The position numbers and the translations under genes are program-made. A DNA stretch of 64,000 bases from Camelus dromedarius (Eukaryota), in the NCBI RefSeq assembly GCF_036321535.1, contig NC_087436.1:115942001-116006000 (forward strand), in the 5' to 3' direction. The notes below the pieces were generated by a model that saw nothing but the letters and a program-made list of their open reading frames with translations, was not told where the DNA came from and did not search any database. Positions 1 through 11,544 of this stretch are shown piece after piece. Each line of letters begins with the position of its first letter. The first letter of the stretch is position 1.

Positions 1-1659
1 ACTGCCTAGAAAATGTGATGGGAAAATGCTCCAGATTAGTTTGAAAATTCATGACCAGGCTAGAAAAATAAATAATAAAACAAAAGCCTGATCTCTCTGT
101 TAAACCAGCAGCAAATTGCAGGAAATCAGCAGATCCGGGGTCTAGGGCTGGCCAACTCACTCTGTAGTAAGTTAACTGGGAATTTCAGTCCTTGGTTTTT
201 CCGCCCCCTCCCTTCATGTTTGCCCTTTAACTGCTGACAATCAAGAGCTTATGAATCCATGAAATTAATTTCAAAATAAGAACAGACAAATTGTATTTCA
301 TTAGAATAAATACCTTCTGTGATTTTTGATCTCTAATCCCAAGGCACATGATCAAATCAATGAAGGTACACACTCTAACTTCAAAAGCCAAGCAGAAAAT
401 TGATTTATGTTACATCATAACAGAGAATAAAAATCAGGATGGGCCAAAAGGAAAACTAATAATACAATTCTTCTAAAACTGCATGATTTTTTTCCTTCTT
501 ACATGTTGTATTATTTCTTGTTTAGACAGAGTACTCATATCCAGGGTTGATGCCCATGGGCTCACACTGCTAAGGCCATGTTGACTAGTAACAGCCAGTG
601 TCAGTTCTGCTCGGTCACAATTTGTGCCATTACAGTGGTTTAATATTTTTAATGTCACCCTGCACATATCCATTGGGAAATGTATACAACCTCCTTCTTA
701 ACCTGAACAGTTGCAGATAGATGGATATTTTATCCTTGATCTGTCAATCATTATGGAAATAGTTCCGTTCTGGGGTTGCACTGGCCTGGGTTTGAGCCCC
801 AGATACCCTACACACCTGCTGGAGCAATTCCCACATCCTCCGTAGCATCCGGTAGTCGCTGCCCCACTTAAAACAGGTTGTTGTACAGTTTTGCTTGTCT
901 AAACAGAGTGAGTATAGGATGTTCACTTCCAGATAAGATTTCTTTCAGAAAAATAGAATTTTCCTCCCAGGTAGGTTGTAGGCAAACGGGGAAGGGGCCA
1001 TGCCCAAGTGGATTAAGGCCAGCCGGTGACAGGTTCTATAGTTAGGTCAAGATGGAAACAGGAAGAGCCACTCAAGGCTCAGTGCCGAGGGGTTCCATGT
1101 AAAAGATATCTGTAGAAATCAGAAAGAGCCATCTTTTTTTCAAGCCCAAGGACTGAGCAGGAGCAAGGCAGTGGAGGTGCTAGCTGGGTGAACAAGGAGA
1201 AAACATGCTGGTAGAAAGATGTAAAGGAGTGAGGCTGGGATAGCAATTCTCAGATCTGGCTGTGTCGGAATCTCTCAGGAAGCCTTTGTGTACATAGATG
1301 TTCAAGTCACATCTCACTGTACAGAATCCGGATCTCCAGGGGTGGAAACTCCATGTCTGCAGTCTACACAGCACCTGGATTATTCACTTGTATTCATCCA
1401 TCATTTGGTCTAACACTGGTGTTTAGGGAGCACCTTCCAGAACAGTATCTATGCATGATAATATGTACTGGCTTTTGGCTGTATGATTTAAAGAAATTAT
1501 GATGGACGAATTTTAAAGTACAGAAAACAATAAATGTAGTTGTTGAAATGGAATAGTATCATGGCTGGAATCTAAGAACTTAAATGTTACCTTTCTTCTT
1601 CCTGCTGGGAAAAAATAAATAAACACATAGACTTGCAGAGACTTAGATTTGGTGTTTTT

Positions 1660-1808
1660 TCACTTAAGCATCTGTATGATCATGGCAACTTACCAAAATC
1701 CTTTACAAATGATTTCGTATCTGTTGAATTAAAAACAGTATTTCGTAGCTCTTAGAGTTATTATGAGGAGCAAATAAAACATTGTTGGCAAATTGCCAGG
1801 TAGAATGG
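1660..1808 (+). mobile_element. MIR SINE fragment (diverged)
   Basis: Degenerate MIR core (…atctgtatgatcatggcaactta…tatctgttgaatt…agagttattatgaggagcaaat…). Confidence 0.45.
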
Positions 1809-1814
1809 TATCTT

Positions 1815-1871
<57 letters not shown>
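1809..1871 (+). repeat. (TCTA)n microsatellite
   Basis: Directly visible tetranucleotide array. Confidence 0.97.
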
Positions 1872-1872
1872 G

Positions 1873-2091
1873 CAGTTGACCCTTAAACAATACAAGGGGG
1901 CTAGGGGCATCCACCCCTGCCCAGTGAAAAATCCACATATAACTTCACAGTCATCCCTTTGTATCTGAAGTTCCACATCCAAAGATTCAACCAACTACAG
2001 ACCATGCAGTACTGTGGTACATGTTTATTGACAAACATCTGGGATTAAGTGGACCCGTACAATTAAAACCCAGGTGTCCAAAGGTCAACTG
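1873..2091. mobile_element. Tigger2/MER8-type MITE (TcMar-Tigger)
   Basis: Terminal inverted repeats CAGTTGACC (1873) and GGTCAACTG (ends 2091); internal 'aaaatccacatataact' and 'aagtggacccgtacaattaaaacc' resemble Tigger2 ends; related copy at 43197-43431. Confidence 0.85.
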
Positions 2092-2097
2092 CAAGTG

Positions 2098-2154
2098 TAT
2101 ATATATTTTTCTATTTGATATTTTATTTATATTATATATATATATATATATATA
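2098..2154 (+). repeat. (TA)n / AT-rich simple repeat
   Basis: Visible TA run. Confidence 0.9.
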
Positions 2155-2569
2155 ATGACTTTAAAATAGTAGTTACAAACAGAATCCTCACAAATGATAT
2201 GATTCTTTTTTTTTTTAATATTTTTCTTGAATTTCTAAGGCACTGGTTTATATTTTATCTTCAGCTGTCTATCGACTCCTCCCTTCTCTTCTAAACATGT
2301 TTGTGATTATAGACGAATGTATTAAACAGTTTAAGTTGTTTGTGGGTTATAGGCAAATTCATTAAACAGAGAAGGATCAGTACAACTATCCAGCCTTCCA
2401 GTCTCCTGGCCGCATGCCTGTTATGAAGCCTAAGGCTGAACATCTCTGTCACACAAAAGCACGAATCCAAACACGTGAAGCTTCCTGATATAAAACCAAT
2501 TTGATCATGATATCGTAGGCCTTATAGACATTGCTATAAAAAGTTGGTTTAGCGTTTTTCTATCTTGTT

Positions 2570-2787
2570 TATATACATGTATATATGTACCCATGCCTGT
2601 ATATTTATGTATGTATAATATGTATATGTTTGAAGTTTACATAAATGTATATGCAGAAGTATGTCCATCACAAGACTGTGCATAAATATATTTTAATATA
2701 TGTTATCTATACACTAAAATATATTTAATAATATATACATTCGTTTTATATAGATACGTGTGTGTGTGATTTTGTGTGTGTGTATGT
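2570..2787 (+). repeat. Degenerate (TA)/(TG) low-complexity tract
   Basis: Visible TATATG/TGTG-rich sequence. Confidence 0.75.
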
Positions 2788-4319
2788 AACTTAGTTAAAT
2801 TATATTCCAAAGAGTTTTGGTGAGTTACTCATGGTCATTCAGCCAGTTACATTACAGACCTCCGAATGGGTGTAGGATTGGCTGGAAATATTTCTTCCCT
2901 GAGTGGTTGGTAGAAGTTACTGGTGAAACCTTCTAGACTTGCACTTTTCCTTAAGGGAAAATTCTCAGTTGATAATTAAATGTGACGGGAGTAGAACAAC
3001 TCTGACATCTGGGTCAATGTCAAGAGAGTCACATCTCCCAGACATACGTCAAATCCCTCCTGATTCTCAGATGCATTGCCATGAAAGTATTCTTAGAGCT
3101 TATTGTTATTTTTTCATGCCTATCTGTCCTAAAGTGACTTATTTAATCCCTCATGTTGGTTATTCGTGCCATCTGCTTTCTTAATCAAGCTCACCAGAGT
3201 TTAGGTGATTCGATGCATCTTTGCTGATTTTCATCTTTACTTACGCCCTGCTGTGTACTTTTCATCTGTTTCATTGGTTTCCACCCCCACGTTATAACTG
3301 GATCCCAGCCTGTAGTCCTCTGGAACGTGGCCCACTGCTCGACCACCCTCACTGCGGGCACAACCCTGGGTCCCCCGTTCCTGTGGGAGGACCTCCTGCT
3401 CAGCCGGCTCCTGGTGCAGGTCTGGACCTTGACTTCTGGGCCCTACACTCCACAGGCCACAGACGAGGATGCTCGCATTACTCGAAGAACTCACGAGTTA
3501 GGAGCCAAGTGACTTTGGGGCTGTCTTACCTTGTTCGGTTCCCAGTTTTCCTTGAGTTGAGCCTGGTAAGTTATTAATCAGCTTTTAGATGGTTTTAAGA
3601 AGTTTGTGAAATATTTTATTCAGCTTTATTAGTTGTGTGGGTGGTAGGTTTGTTTAAATAACAAGAAATTCCTTTTTGTGTTTTAACTTGCCTCCTAACA
3701 GTATTTCCCCCCAGTTGTGCCTTTATTCAGAAACAGGTGGAGAAGCTGTCATAACAAAGTAGGATATAAAAATAAGTTATATAAATTTAAAATATGTATA
3801 GCACATATATGTACATATATTTACATATTCTGAATAGTGAAATCTTTGTTATAGTGTTCTATTCTTTTGTTTTCCTCCTTAATGTAGAATCATGTCTACA
3901 TGTGCAATACACTTACAGAGCTTAAAAGAAGAGCTTACTGAAAAACACTGTGGGTCATATTCCTTAACCCGGATAAAGCCCATATGACATTCACCTCTGT
4001 AAGCGAGCATCTTCCACCAGGCATAGAGTAATTTAAAAGACTTAAATCAGATATTTTGTGACACGTTTCTGATTTATTTTCTACTTCAGTACAGCCATGG
4101 CAAAGAGAAAGAGTAATACCATATTTTTTTTTTCAAAAAGAACATCTTCAATTATATTATGACATGACATTTTAAAAAGTTGACATCTCAGGATGCTGGT
4201 AGGTACACCAAATAAACACACTAGTCTTCTACCCCAAAGACAGACCTAACGTGCTCGGTATCAAATTCGACTTTAGTCAGATTCAAAGTGATGAGAATGG
4301 TTAAAGCATGATCCTAAAC

Positions 4320-4721
4320 CCCGGCCGAAAGCTCCTTGGAATCTGCGTGCACACTGACGACACTTCTCTTCCTCATCCCCACCTCAGACTGTGGGCGTTT
4401 TAGGACGTCTGAAAACAAAAATGTTGCACGTCAGAGTACGCCAGCCAATGGCCTAGTGAGTCGGCGCCCTCACACAAGCGCGGCAGTCTTCTCTCTATTC
4501 TGCATTATCATCTGCAGAGACACAGCAAGCCAGCACTTTGGACCTCTCCCCTTCCAAGCGGAGCGCCACGACACGCACTGACCGCCGTCTCTTCTCCTTA
4601 ACTGAGGAATTGACGTTGTGCTGTGACTAAGTGGACAGGCTGCATGCGGCGCGTCTGAATTCACCTGCTCTGGGCGCAAACCCTTGGGACTCACCCCTGG
4701 CCTTTGGAGGCACTGGTAAGT
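4320..4721 (+). promoter_or_regulatory. CpG-enriched promoter-like segment with candidate non-coding first exon ending at 4715
   Basis: About 23 CpGs counted in 4320-4680; AGCCAATGG (CCAAT at 4445-4449); CRE half-sites CGTCA (4429-4433) and TGACGT (4611-4616); consensus donor CTG|GTAAGT at 4715/4716. Confidence 0.5.
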
Positions 4722-4824
4722 GGCCTGAATGTTTGAGGGTGTTTAAAGAATTAGCTCACTGCTCTGCAGCCTGGGGTTTGTTAGGTCGCACTAGGGAAGT
4801 ATGAGGTCTAAAAACAGTCCAAAC

Positions 4825-4935
4825 TTAGTTCAAGTTTGAGTTAATCTACATGCTACGTGAGTTTCCTTGACCAAAGTTACCTAACCTCCCAGCATTCCAG
4901 TTTATCTGTTGAAACCGTGACATCGCCTGTCCAGC
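4825..4935 (+). mobile_element. MIR SINE fragment
   Basis: 'ccttgaccaaagttacctaacctcccagcattccagtttatctgttgaaac' resembles MIR core. Confidence 0.55.
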
Positions 4936-5134
4936 TGGCTCTGTCTGATGCAGCAAGATCACTGCGAACTGGCAGCGTACTGAAATCAAGTCAGACACTG
5001 GGGATTCTGTCTCGTCTCTTTCTAGCAATGTATTTATTTTCTTCTCATCCTTACTCTTCACACAGCCTGGAGGGAGACAGTGGTGTCAACTCACAACCAC
5101 ATCTCACCTTTCACAGAGCAGCCCAGTGAAACAA

Positions 5135-5825
5135 GAAAGTCCAGGCTGTCATCACCTCTCACCTGGACAGCAGCTAAAGCCTCAGACCTGGGCTGCCTTT
5201 GTCTGGGCTTGTTCCCAGCGATGCTTCTCCATGGAGTCACCACAGTGATCTTTTAAAAACTATTCCTGAAATCATGTTATTCCTCTGCTTAAAATACCCT
5301 CAAGGCTTTCCATCACAAACTCAGAACAAAACTCAAAGTCCTGGCTGAGTTCACAAGGCTCGGCTGCATCTCACCACCACCCGCCTTTCTAACCTCCTCC
5401 ACCCTAAGTTCAACCTTGAGCACCTTCCTGTGCCTTATATATACCAAGCTCTTTTCCAACTCACCTCAGGGCCTTTGCACATTCTATTCTCTCTTCCAGG
5501 CATGCCATTCCCTCAGTTCTTCACGTGGATGGCTTCTCTTCCTCTTCAGATTTCCTGTTACCTCTCAAGAGAAGCTGTCCTCACATGCCCCTTCTAAAGC
5601 TCTCTTCCCCCAGTGCACATCATCTTCTTGGCATCGCCCTCTTGATTTCTTGCCTAGTTTAATCACAGTCTCAAAATATGCCCTGAGTTTAGGCTTACCA
5701 TTTGCTGTCTGTCTCTTCCATTCCAGTGTAAGCTCCAAGACAAAACCTACCTGCCACGTTCTCTGCTGGATTCTTGATTTCTTGAAGAGTGCCTGGCACG
5801 TACGAAGCTCTTGATAAACATTTGG
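5135..5825 (+). mobile_element. L2 LINE 3' fragment
   Basis: Typical L2 motifs 'atcacctctcacctggac', 'cctcagggcctttgcaca', terminal 'gtgcctggcacgtacgaagctcttgataaacatttg'. Confidence 0.8.
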
Positions 5826-6111
5826 GATCCACCCTAGGCTACCTCTTCTGTATCACTAACCACTTCCCTTGCTACATTCCAATACCACCAATCTATCTTT
5901 TTGTCTTTGATCATTTTTTTCCTCAAGAGAATATGCTTCTGCGTTGCCTAGTGTTGCCTACTTATCTTTGGAGATGTGTTCCATCAGCACTTTCTCCAAG
6001 AACCTCCATGACCCCCTTAAATTATGTTAAGTGCTTCTTCTCTAGGATCAATTACCCAAAGCACATCCTTATTCTTTGCCTCCCAAGTGTCTTTAGAACA
6101 CTTGTTTCTTA

Positions 6112-6271
6112 AAATTTAAAAAAAAATTAGTTAATTAATTAATTAATTTGGTAGGAGGGAGGTAATCAGGTTTATTCATTTATTTATTTACTTTTAATGG
6201 AGGGACTGGGGATTGAACCCAGGACCTCATGCATGCTGGCACACCCTCTATCACTGCGCTACACCCTCCCC
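6112..6271 (-). mobile_element. Camelid tRNA-derived SINE (Vic-1-like)
   Basis: Minus strand reads GGGGAGGGTGTAGCGCAGTGATAGAG…GCATGCATGAGGTCCTGGGTTCAATCCCCAG (Pol III A and B boxes), then AATAAA-rich tail and 'aaacctgattacctccc'. Confidence 0.85.
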
Positions 6272-7277
6272 CTGAGCACTTGTAATGGTTGGCTCTTCCC
6301 TCCACCATCCAAACTCTGCCAAAGGCCAGAGACAGACCTGCTTATCTCCATGTTCACGATATGTAGCGCCACACTTGACACGCAGTAGGTGCTAAAAGAA
6401 GACACGTGCTGAAGGAAGAGCTGAAGGACAGAATTGCTAGTAAGTTCACATGAAACATCTTGAAGGAAGTCAAAGAATTCAACAATGAAAATAGTAAGAA
6501 GAAAAAGACAAAACGTTTCTGTGGGCATTCTCTCGGCATCCACCCATCCTGAATCTTACTGTGTGAGAGGCTGTCCTATTCTGGGCTCAGAGGGAAGAGT
6601 ATAAGCGAGCCCACACTGTTCTGTGCATCCTGCAGTCTTCATTTTCTCTTGGGGGAGCGCCATGACGTAGAGTTACAGATGAGTTTAGATGACGTAAGCT
6701 TGCCGGAGTCTGTTGTCCAAGATCAAACAGCCATGGAAATGACAGGGCTGAAATTTACAGCCAAGATTTTTGGAGTAAACAGAACATGCGTAGGGCTAGG
6801 TCATGCCCCCTCCCCAGCCTGGACGGGAAACCATGGTGCGTTTAATACGCATGCTCTAAACTGAGGCACAGGTGTGGTAAGCCTTACACACGTTGTACAG
6901 GTGGCCAAAGTCGCATTTATTTGTTTGAATCTGAAACATAACTCCAGAGAGTCTAATATTAGTTCCAGTATCTTTGCCAAAGTTATAGAAGGCACAAGAC
7001 ACATTTCAAGTGTTAAAAATTGGACTGCCTTATGAATATCGAAAGTTTATTTAAGGCTAAAAGTAAAATTACTCAAATCATTGTTAGTGCTTGAGGGGGC
7101 TTCACAGGTTATGTAGTTCAGAAAGCCTTTGTGGGGAGTGGGGAGGTCAGGTACCAGAACATCTGGGATTTAAGATGTTTTCTCAAAATAAATACGAGGA
7201 AACAAGAAACTTAAAATAACTAAGTGCCAGTTATATATAGACAAGTAGTAGCATATGCCAAATGCTAAAGGAAGCAT

Positions 7278-7495
7278 TGTGTGGTGTGTGGGGTGTGTGG
7301 TGTGTAGTGTGTTTGTGGTGTGTGTGTGTGGGGGGTGTGTGTGTGGGGGGTGTGTGTGTGTGTGTGTGTGGTGTGTGTGTGTGGTGTGTGTGTGGTGTTT
7401 GTAGTGTGTGTGTGGGGTGTGTGTGGGGTGTGTGTGTGTGTGTGGTGTGTGTGTGGGGTGTGTGTGTGTGGTGTGTGTGGTGTGTGTGTGTGTGT
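7278..7495 (+). repeat. Compound (TG)n/(TGG/TGGGG) GT-rich tandem tract, about 220 bp
   Basis: Directly visible; explains the Cys/Val ORFs 7262-7588 and 7320-7547. Confidence 0.97.
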
Positions 7496-8829
7496 ACTCA
7501 GAGAAAATGTAGGTTTTTTATTTTGCCAAAAAATGATTGCTCTTTAACTAGAGCCCTCCCTCAAATATCAGCTAGTCTAGGTGAGTGACAGGGTCTAAAT
7601 TAAGGATGATCTAGAAATCGTTTTCGAAAGCAGTAATATGTATGCCTGTAAGCAATGTTCAGTCCAAGATTCCCCACCCTGCCACCCCACACCCCAGCCT
7701 GCTTTCTAAGATGCCACAAGGGAGTGGGAAGGAATATACCGCAACCTCACAGGGGCTGTGGGCTGAGGGCGGTCCCTGGTCCACACAGTGCATCCCCTGT
7801 TTCCTCGGTGATCCGTGCCTGCGATGACTGCGTCTGTTTCTTCTGTGGATTAGTGTCCACTGTGATGCCCTGTCCCTGACCACCTCTCGGGAAGTACTGT
7901 GTGTGGACATCCCCATGAATCCATGCTCTTGGAATCTCCATCCTTAGGGTTTTCTTAGCCTTGAATCCTTGCTCTGAGAAACGTCGAACCTCCTTTTAGG
8001 CACATGGGAGTACTGAGATCTCCTGCAGACCGTCGGGAACCAGGGATGCTGTCACTTACTCACCACCCAGCTGCCTCACACTGGTGCCACCACCATAGAC
8101 ATGCGCCATCACACAGCAGCAGCCAGGAGGAAGCCGGGGCAGCTCTAAGCAGATCTACGCCTGGAAGTCTGTGGTCTACCATGCCCGCATCAGAGGAAGC
8201 TTGCTGCCAGTCCCTTGGTCATCTGGCTTTCTCATCCCCGTGGGATTTCAAAACTCTTTATCTACTTGGGTCCCGTGTTGATGGTGGAGGGGAGGAAAAC
8301 AAGGATTCTGGAACCTGGTTTGCTTCTGTTTCCAAGTTTTCCCTTTGTCCTCTTTATGGATGAAGAAAAGGAAATTCAAACTTAAAAATTAGCATTTCTC
8401 TATGGTTGAGAAAGGTCATCATTATTCTATTTTTTAGTCAAAAAATATTTTATTTTTAATATTATTTCATCTCATTTAATTTCGAGCTCTACATTAGTAT
8501 AGTTGGGAAACCAGTGACCTGCTTCAGCAGCAGCATTTTAGAGATGAACCCCAAAGAGGCCACGTGACTTTTGTTAAATCTGAACTCTGCGTCTCACCAA
8601 CTGCCCCTCTGAGCAGTTCTAAGGGGCACTAACTTTTTGTCTCCCAAATTCAGAGTAGGTAATCCTGTAAATAGTTAGAATTAGTGGTGGGATAAATCAT
8701 AAATTGATGAAATTTCTAAGAGTAGCTTAGTCTCTGAACGTCTCTACCTTATGACTTTAGGGAATTGAGTTTGTAATAACATGACACCAAACCCAGAAAC
8801 AAAAATGCATTCCATCGTTTACTCATAAG

Positions 8830-9200
8830 TCCATCCAGGCAGCCATCCATCCATCCATCCATTCAGCAAAAATGTGTCAATGACCCATTTACTGTTTTGG
8901 GCACAGTAACAGTAATGATTTGAGTTCTTAAAATGTCAAGTTTTACAAAGCAGAGTTCCTTCCATCAAAGGGAAGTAGGGGAAAAAGAATACACAAGGCG
9001 CCTGTGTAAGTGCTGTCATAATTCAGAAGGTGCTGTGAGATCATAGGAAAAAGAGACATTAGCTGGAACACCAGAAAAGGGGCCATATAGATGGTGGCAT
9101 TTCAAATGAACCTAAAATGAACCTTTCTAGAGAAAGCCATTCCAGTCATAGAGTGAGCTCAGGCACAGAGACACAAAAAGATGTGACACTTTGTGTTTGT
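8830..9200 (-). mobile_element. L2 LINE 3' fragment with (CCAT)n tail
   Basis: 'catccatccatccattcagcaaaaatgtgtcaatgaccc' is a reverse L2 tail, followed by purine-rich L2 body. Confidence 0.55.
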
Positions 9201-9294
9201 ACTGAGATGTCCTTATTCCTTGCCTGCAGGTTCTCATAATAGCCAAAGCCAGTGGGTTGCTTTATATAGCAACTTTCTATTTAAAGCAAATGAA

Positions 9295-9440
9295 TTGCAT
9301 AGTGTGGTGGAAATAAGAAGTGGGACTAAAAGTGGATTCCATGACAGAAGTTCGGAGTTCAAGTGCTTGTTACGTAATTGACTAATTATAACCTTGGATC
9401 AATTAGCCTCTTTGGGGAATTTTTCCCCAGATAAATAAAG
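9295..9440 (+). mobile_element. MIR SINE fragment
   Basis: 'gcatagtgtggtggaaataag…ggagttcaagtgc…ataaccttggatcaatt' MIR 5' and core. Confidence 0.5.
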
Positions 9441-9714
9441 AAGTTTTAAATCATAAGGCATAATGCCAATTAGAAGGGTACTACTAAAGTATGTTCTAAA
9501 TTACCAACGTGGATTTTTAAGCCAGTTCATCCTCACAACAGCACTCACGCAGATACTTTTATTTTTCTCCACCTTAGAAATAATCAAGGCCAATTGGTTT
9601 CTCTTTTTTTTTTTTCTTTTTTTTTAGACATGTGAAATGCTCTGGGGAAGGATGCTTGTTAGAAATTCTGTTTCATGGACTGCCCCCACTTCTAGGAAAT
9701 TTGATCCGCCTATT

Positions 9715-9886
9715 CAGTTGTTATCCACCTTGCCTGCTTGTTAGAATCTTCTGGAAGGCTTTTCAGATTACTAACGCATGACCATCACCCAGATAAACTG
9801 AATCAGAATGTCTGGTAGTCAGGTGGTCCCAGTTTACACATCTCCTCCAAGTATTCTAAATGTGCAGCCCCAACGGGGAACCCCTG
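9715..9886. mobile_element. MER5-type hAT-Charlie MITE
   Basis: 'ttagaatcttctggaaggctt…aactgaatcagaatgtctgg…ctccaagtattctaaatgtgcagcc…gaacccctg'. Confidence 0.65.
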
Positions 9887-10758
9887 ACTTAATCCTATTC
9901 CTCCAGCTCTCCACCTGCCTCTATGTTGAAATTCTTTGAGCATCACCTGAAGGTTCAGGGAGGGTGAATTATGGAGGCAAAGACACTGTCAGCTGAGGAG
10001 TGAAGGGGGAAGCACACCGTGGAGAGAGAGAGAAATAGAAACAGCCTGCGTGTTTAGCAGAAGGCAATTTAACAGATGATGCAGTTTTAGATTAAATGAG
10101 CAATTTGAGCTAGTGTTGCAAGTTTAGGACAGATTCCTTCTCGCGTTTACTATAAATGGAATTCAAGCCGCTGGAACCAAGACTCGACTAAGAAGTTAAA
10201 CAAAATCCTTGATAAAAACTGGAGGTTCCATCATATTTAGCTACAGGCAGCAGTGCCTTGAGGGGCGGGAGAGGAAGGAGCTTAGAACGCTGAGGAATAA
10301 AGCAACAGGGGGTCAGTTTGGGGTTGGATCTTAATTAACATTTCTATTAAAAATCATGGAGAAGAGATTAAACAAAAATAAAAACAGAGGAAGAAAAACC
10401 TGCAGCTGACACTTAATTGCAAAGTGCTAAATGTGCAGATTGGGAGGGCAGAAATAATGCAAAATGTGGTGGAAAATGTTAACATGCAGAAAATAGCATT
10501 ATTAATCATTTCATCCAATGATAAAAATCAAAACAAAGGGGTCCTATGTCTGTAGAATGAACCATCTGAAAAAAAAGAGTAGTCAGCATTTGCCTGGAAA
10601 TACAGAATCTTAGAGTATTAGCTTCTCAGTTCACTTCTCCTAAATTATCTTCGTTTCTTCTTGCTTTGCCTCAGGCTACTTTGATTCTAAGAATGGAAGA
10701 CCATATCACATCTGGATTTAAAGTAATATGCAATTTACCTGTTTACTCAGGTTATCTT

Positions 10759-11237
10759 TTTTTTAACATTTTTTATTGATTTATAATCATTTTACAATGT
10801 TGTGTCAAATTCCAGTGTTCAGCACAATTTTTCAGTTATAAATGAACATATATATATTCATTGTCATATTTTTTTCTCTGTGAGCTACCATAAGATCTTG
10901 TGTATATTTCCCTGTGCTACACAGTATAATCTTGTTTATCTATTCTACAATTTTGAAACCCCAGTCTATCCCTTCCCACCCTCCACCCCCTTGCCAACCA
11001 CAAGTTTGTATTCTATGTCTATGAGTCTATTTCTGTTTTGTATTTATGCTTTGTTTGTTATTTTATTTTATTTTATTTTTAGATTCCACATATGAGCCAT
11101 TTCATATGGTATTTTTCTTTCTCTTTCTGGCTTACTTCACTTAGAATGACATTCTCCAGGAGCATCCATGCTGCTGCAAATGGTGTTATGTTGTTGGTTT
11201 TTATGGCAGAGTAGTATTCCATTGTATAAATATACCA
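10759..11237 (-). mobile_element. Young 5'-truncated L1 (camelid type): ORF2 C-terminus, 3' UTR and poly(A)
   Basis: Minus frame gives WYIYTMEYYSAIK…WMLLENVILSEVSQKEKEKYHM…ICGI (L1 ORF2 C-terminus); probable TSD CAGGTTATCTT (10748-10758) / CAGATTATCTT (11238-11248); highly similar to 23993-24211. Confidence 0.95.
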
Positions 11238-11240
11238 CAG

Positions 11241-11390
11241 ATTATCTTGTGTAATGTTCACAACAACCTTATGAGATAGGTGTCATTCGACCCTTTGATA
11301 AGAAAACTGAGGCTAAGGGCACTGAGGCTGGCACTGTTGAAGATCGTAACGCTGAGAACCAAACTGAGTCAGAAAGTCAACCCTTGCCCC
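11241..11390 (-). mobile_element. MIR SINE (abuts the L1, probably its insertion target)
   Basis: 'attatcttgtgtaatgttcacaacaaccttatgagataggt…gaaaactgaggct' reverse MIR core. Confidence 0.7.
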
Positions 11391-11544
11391 TCACCACCAT
11401 GTCCCAATAGGTCTGCCACACCTACTACTATGCACATCCCTTGTGGGAGCCTCAGTTTCCTCAAGAAGGAAATAAGATAAATGAGCTCTCAAGATGGCAG
11501 AGTTCGTTGCGTAAAATCAAGTCTGACAAGTCCCTTGATCCCAA

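Noticed and set aside
6195..6271. tRNA-like sequence with A and B boxes on the minus strand
   Set aside because: Head of a tRNA-derived SINE with the family's AT-rich tail, not a tRNA gene.
7262..7588. Cys/Val-rich ORFs resembling metallothionein or keratin-associated proteins
   Set aside because: They are translations of the TG-rich tandem tract.
11079..11261. 60-aa ORF with a recognisable motif
   Set aside because: L1 ORF2 C-terminus of a truncated retrotransposon, not a host gene.
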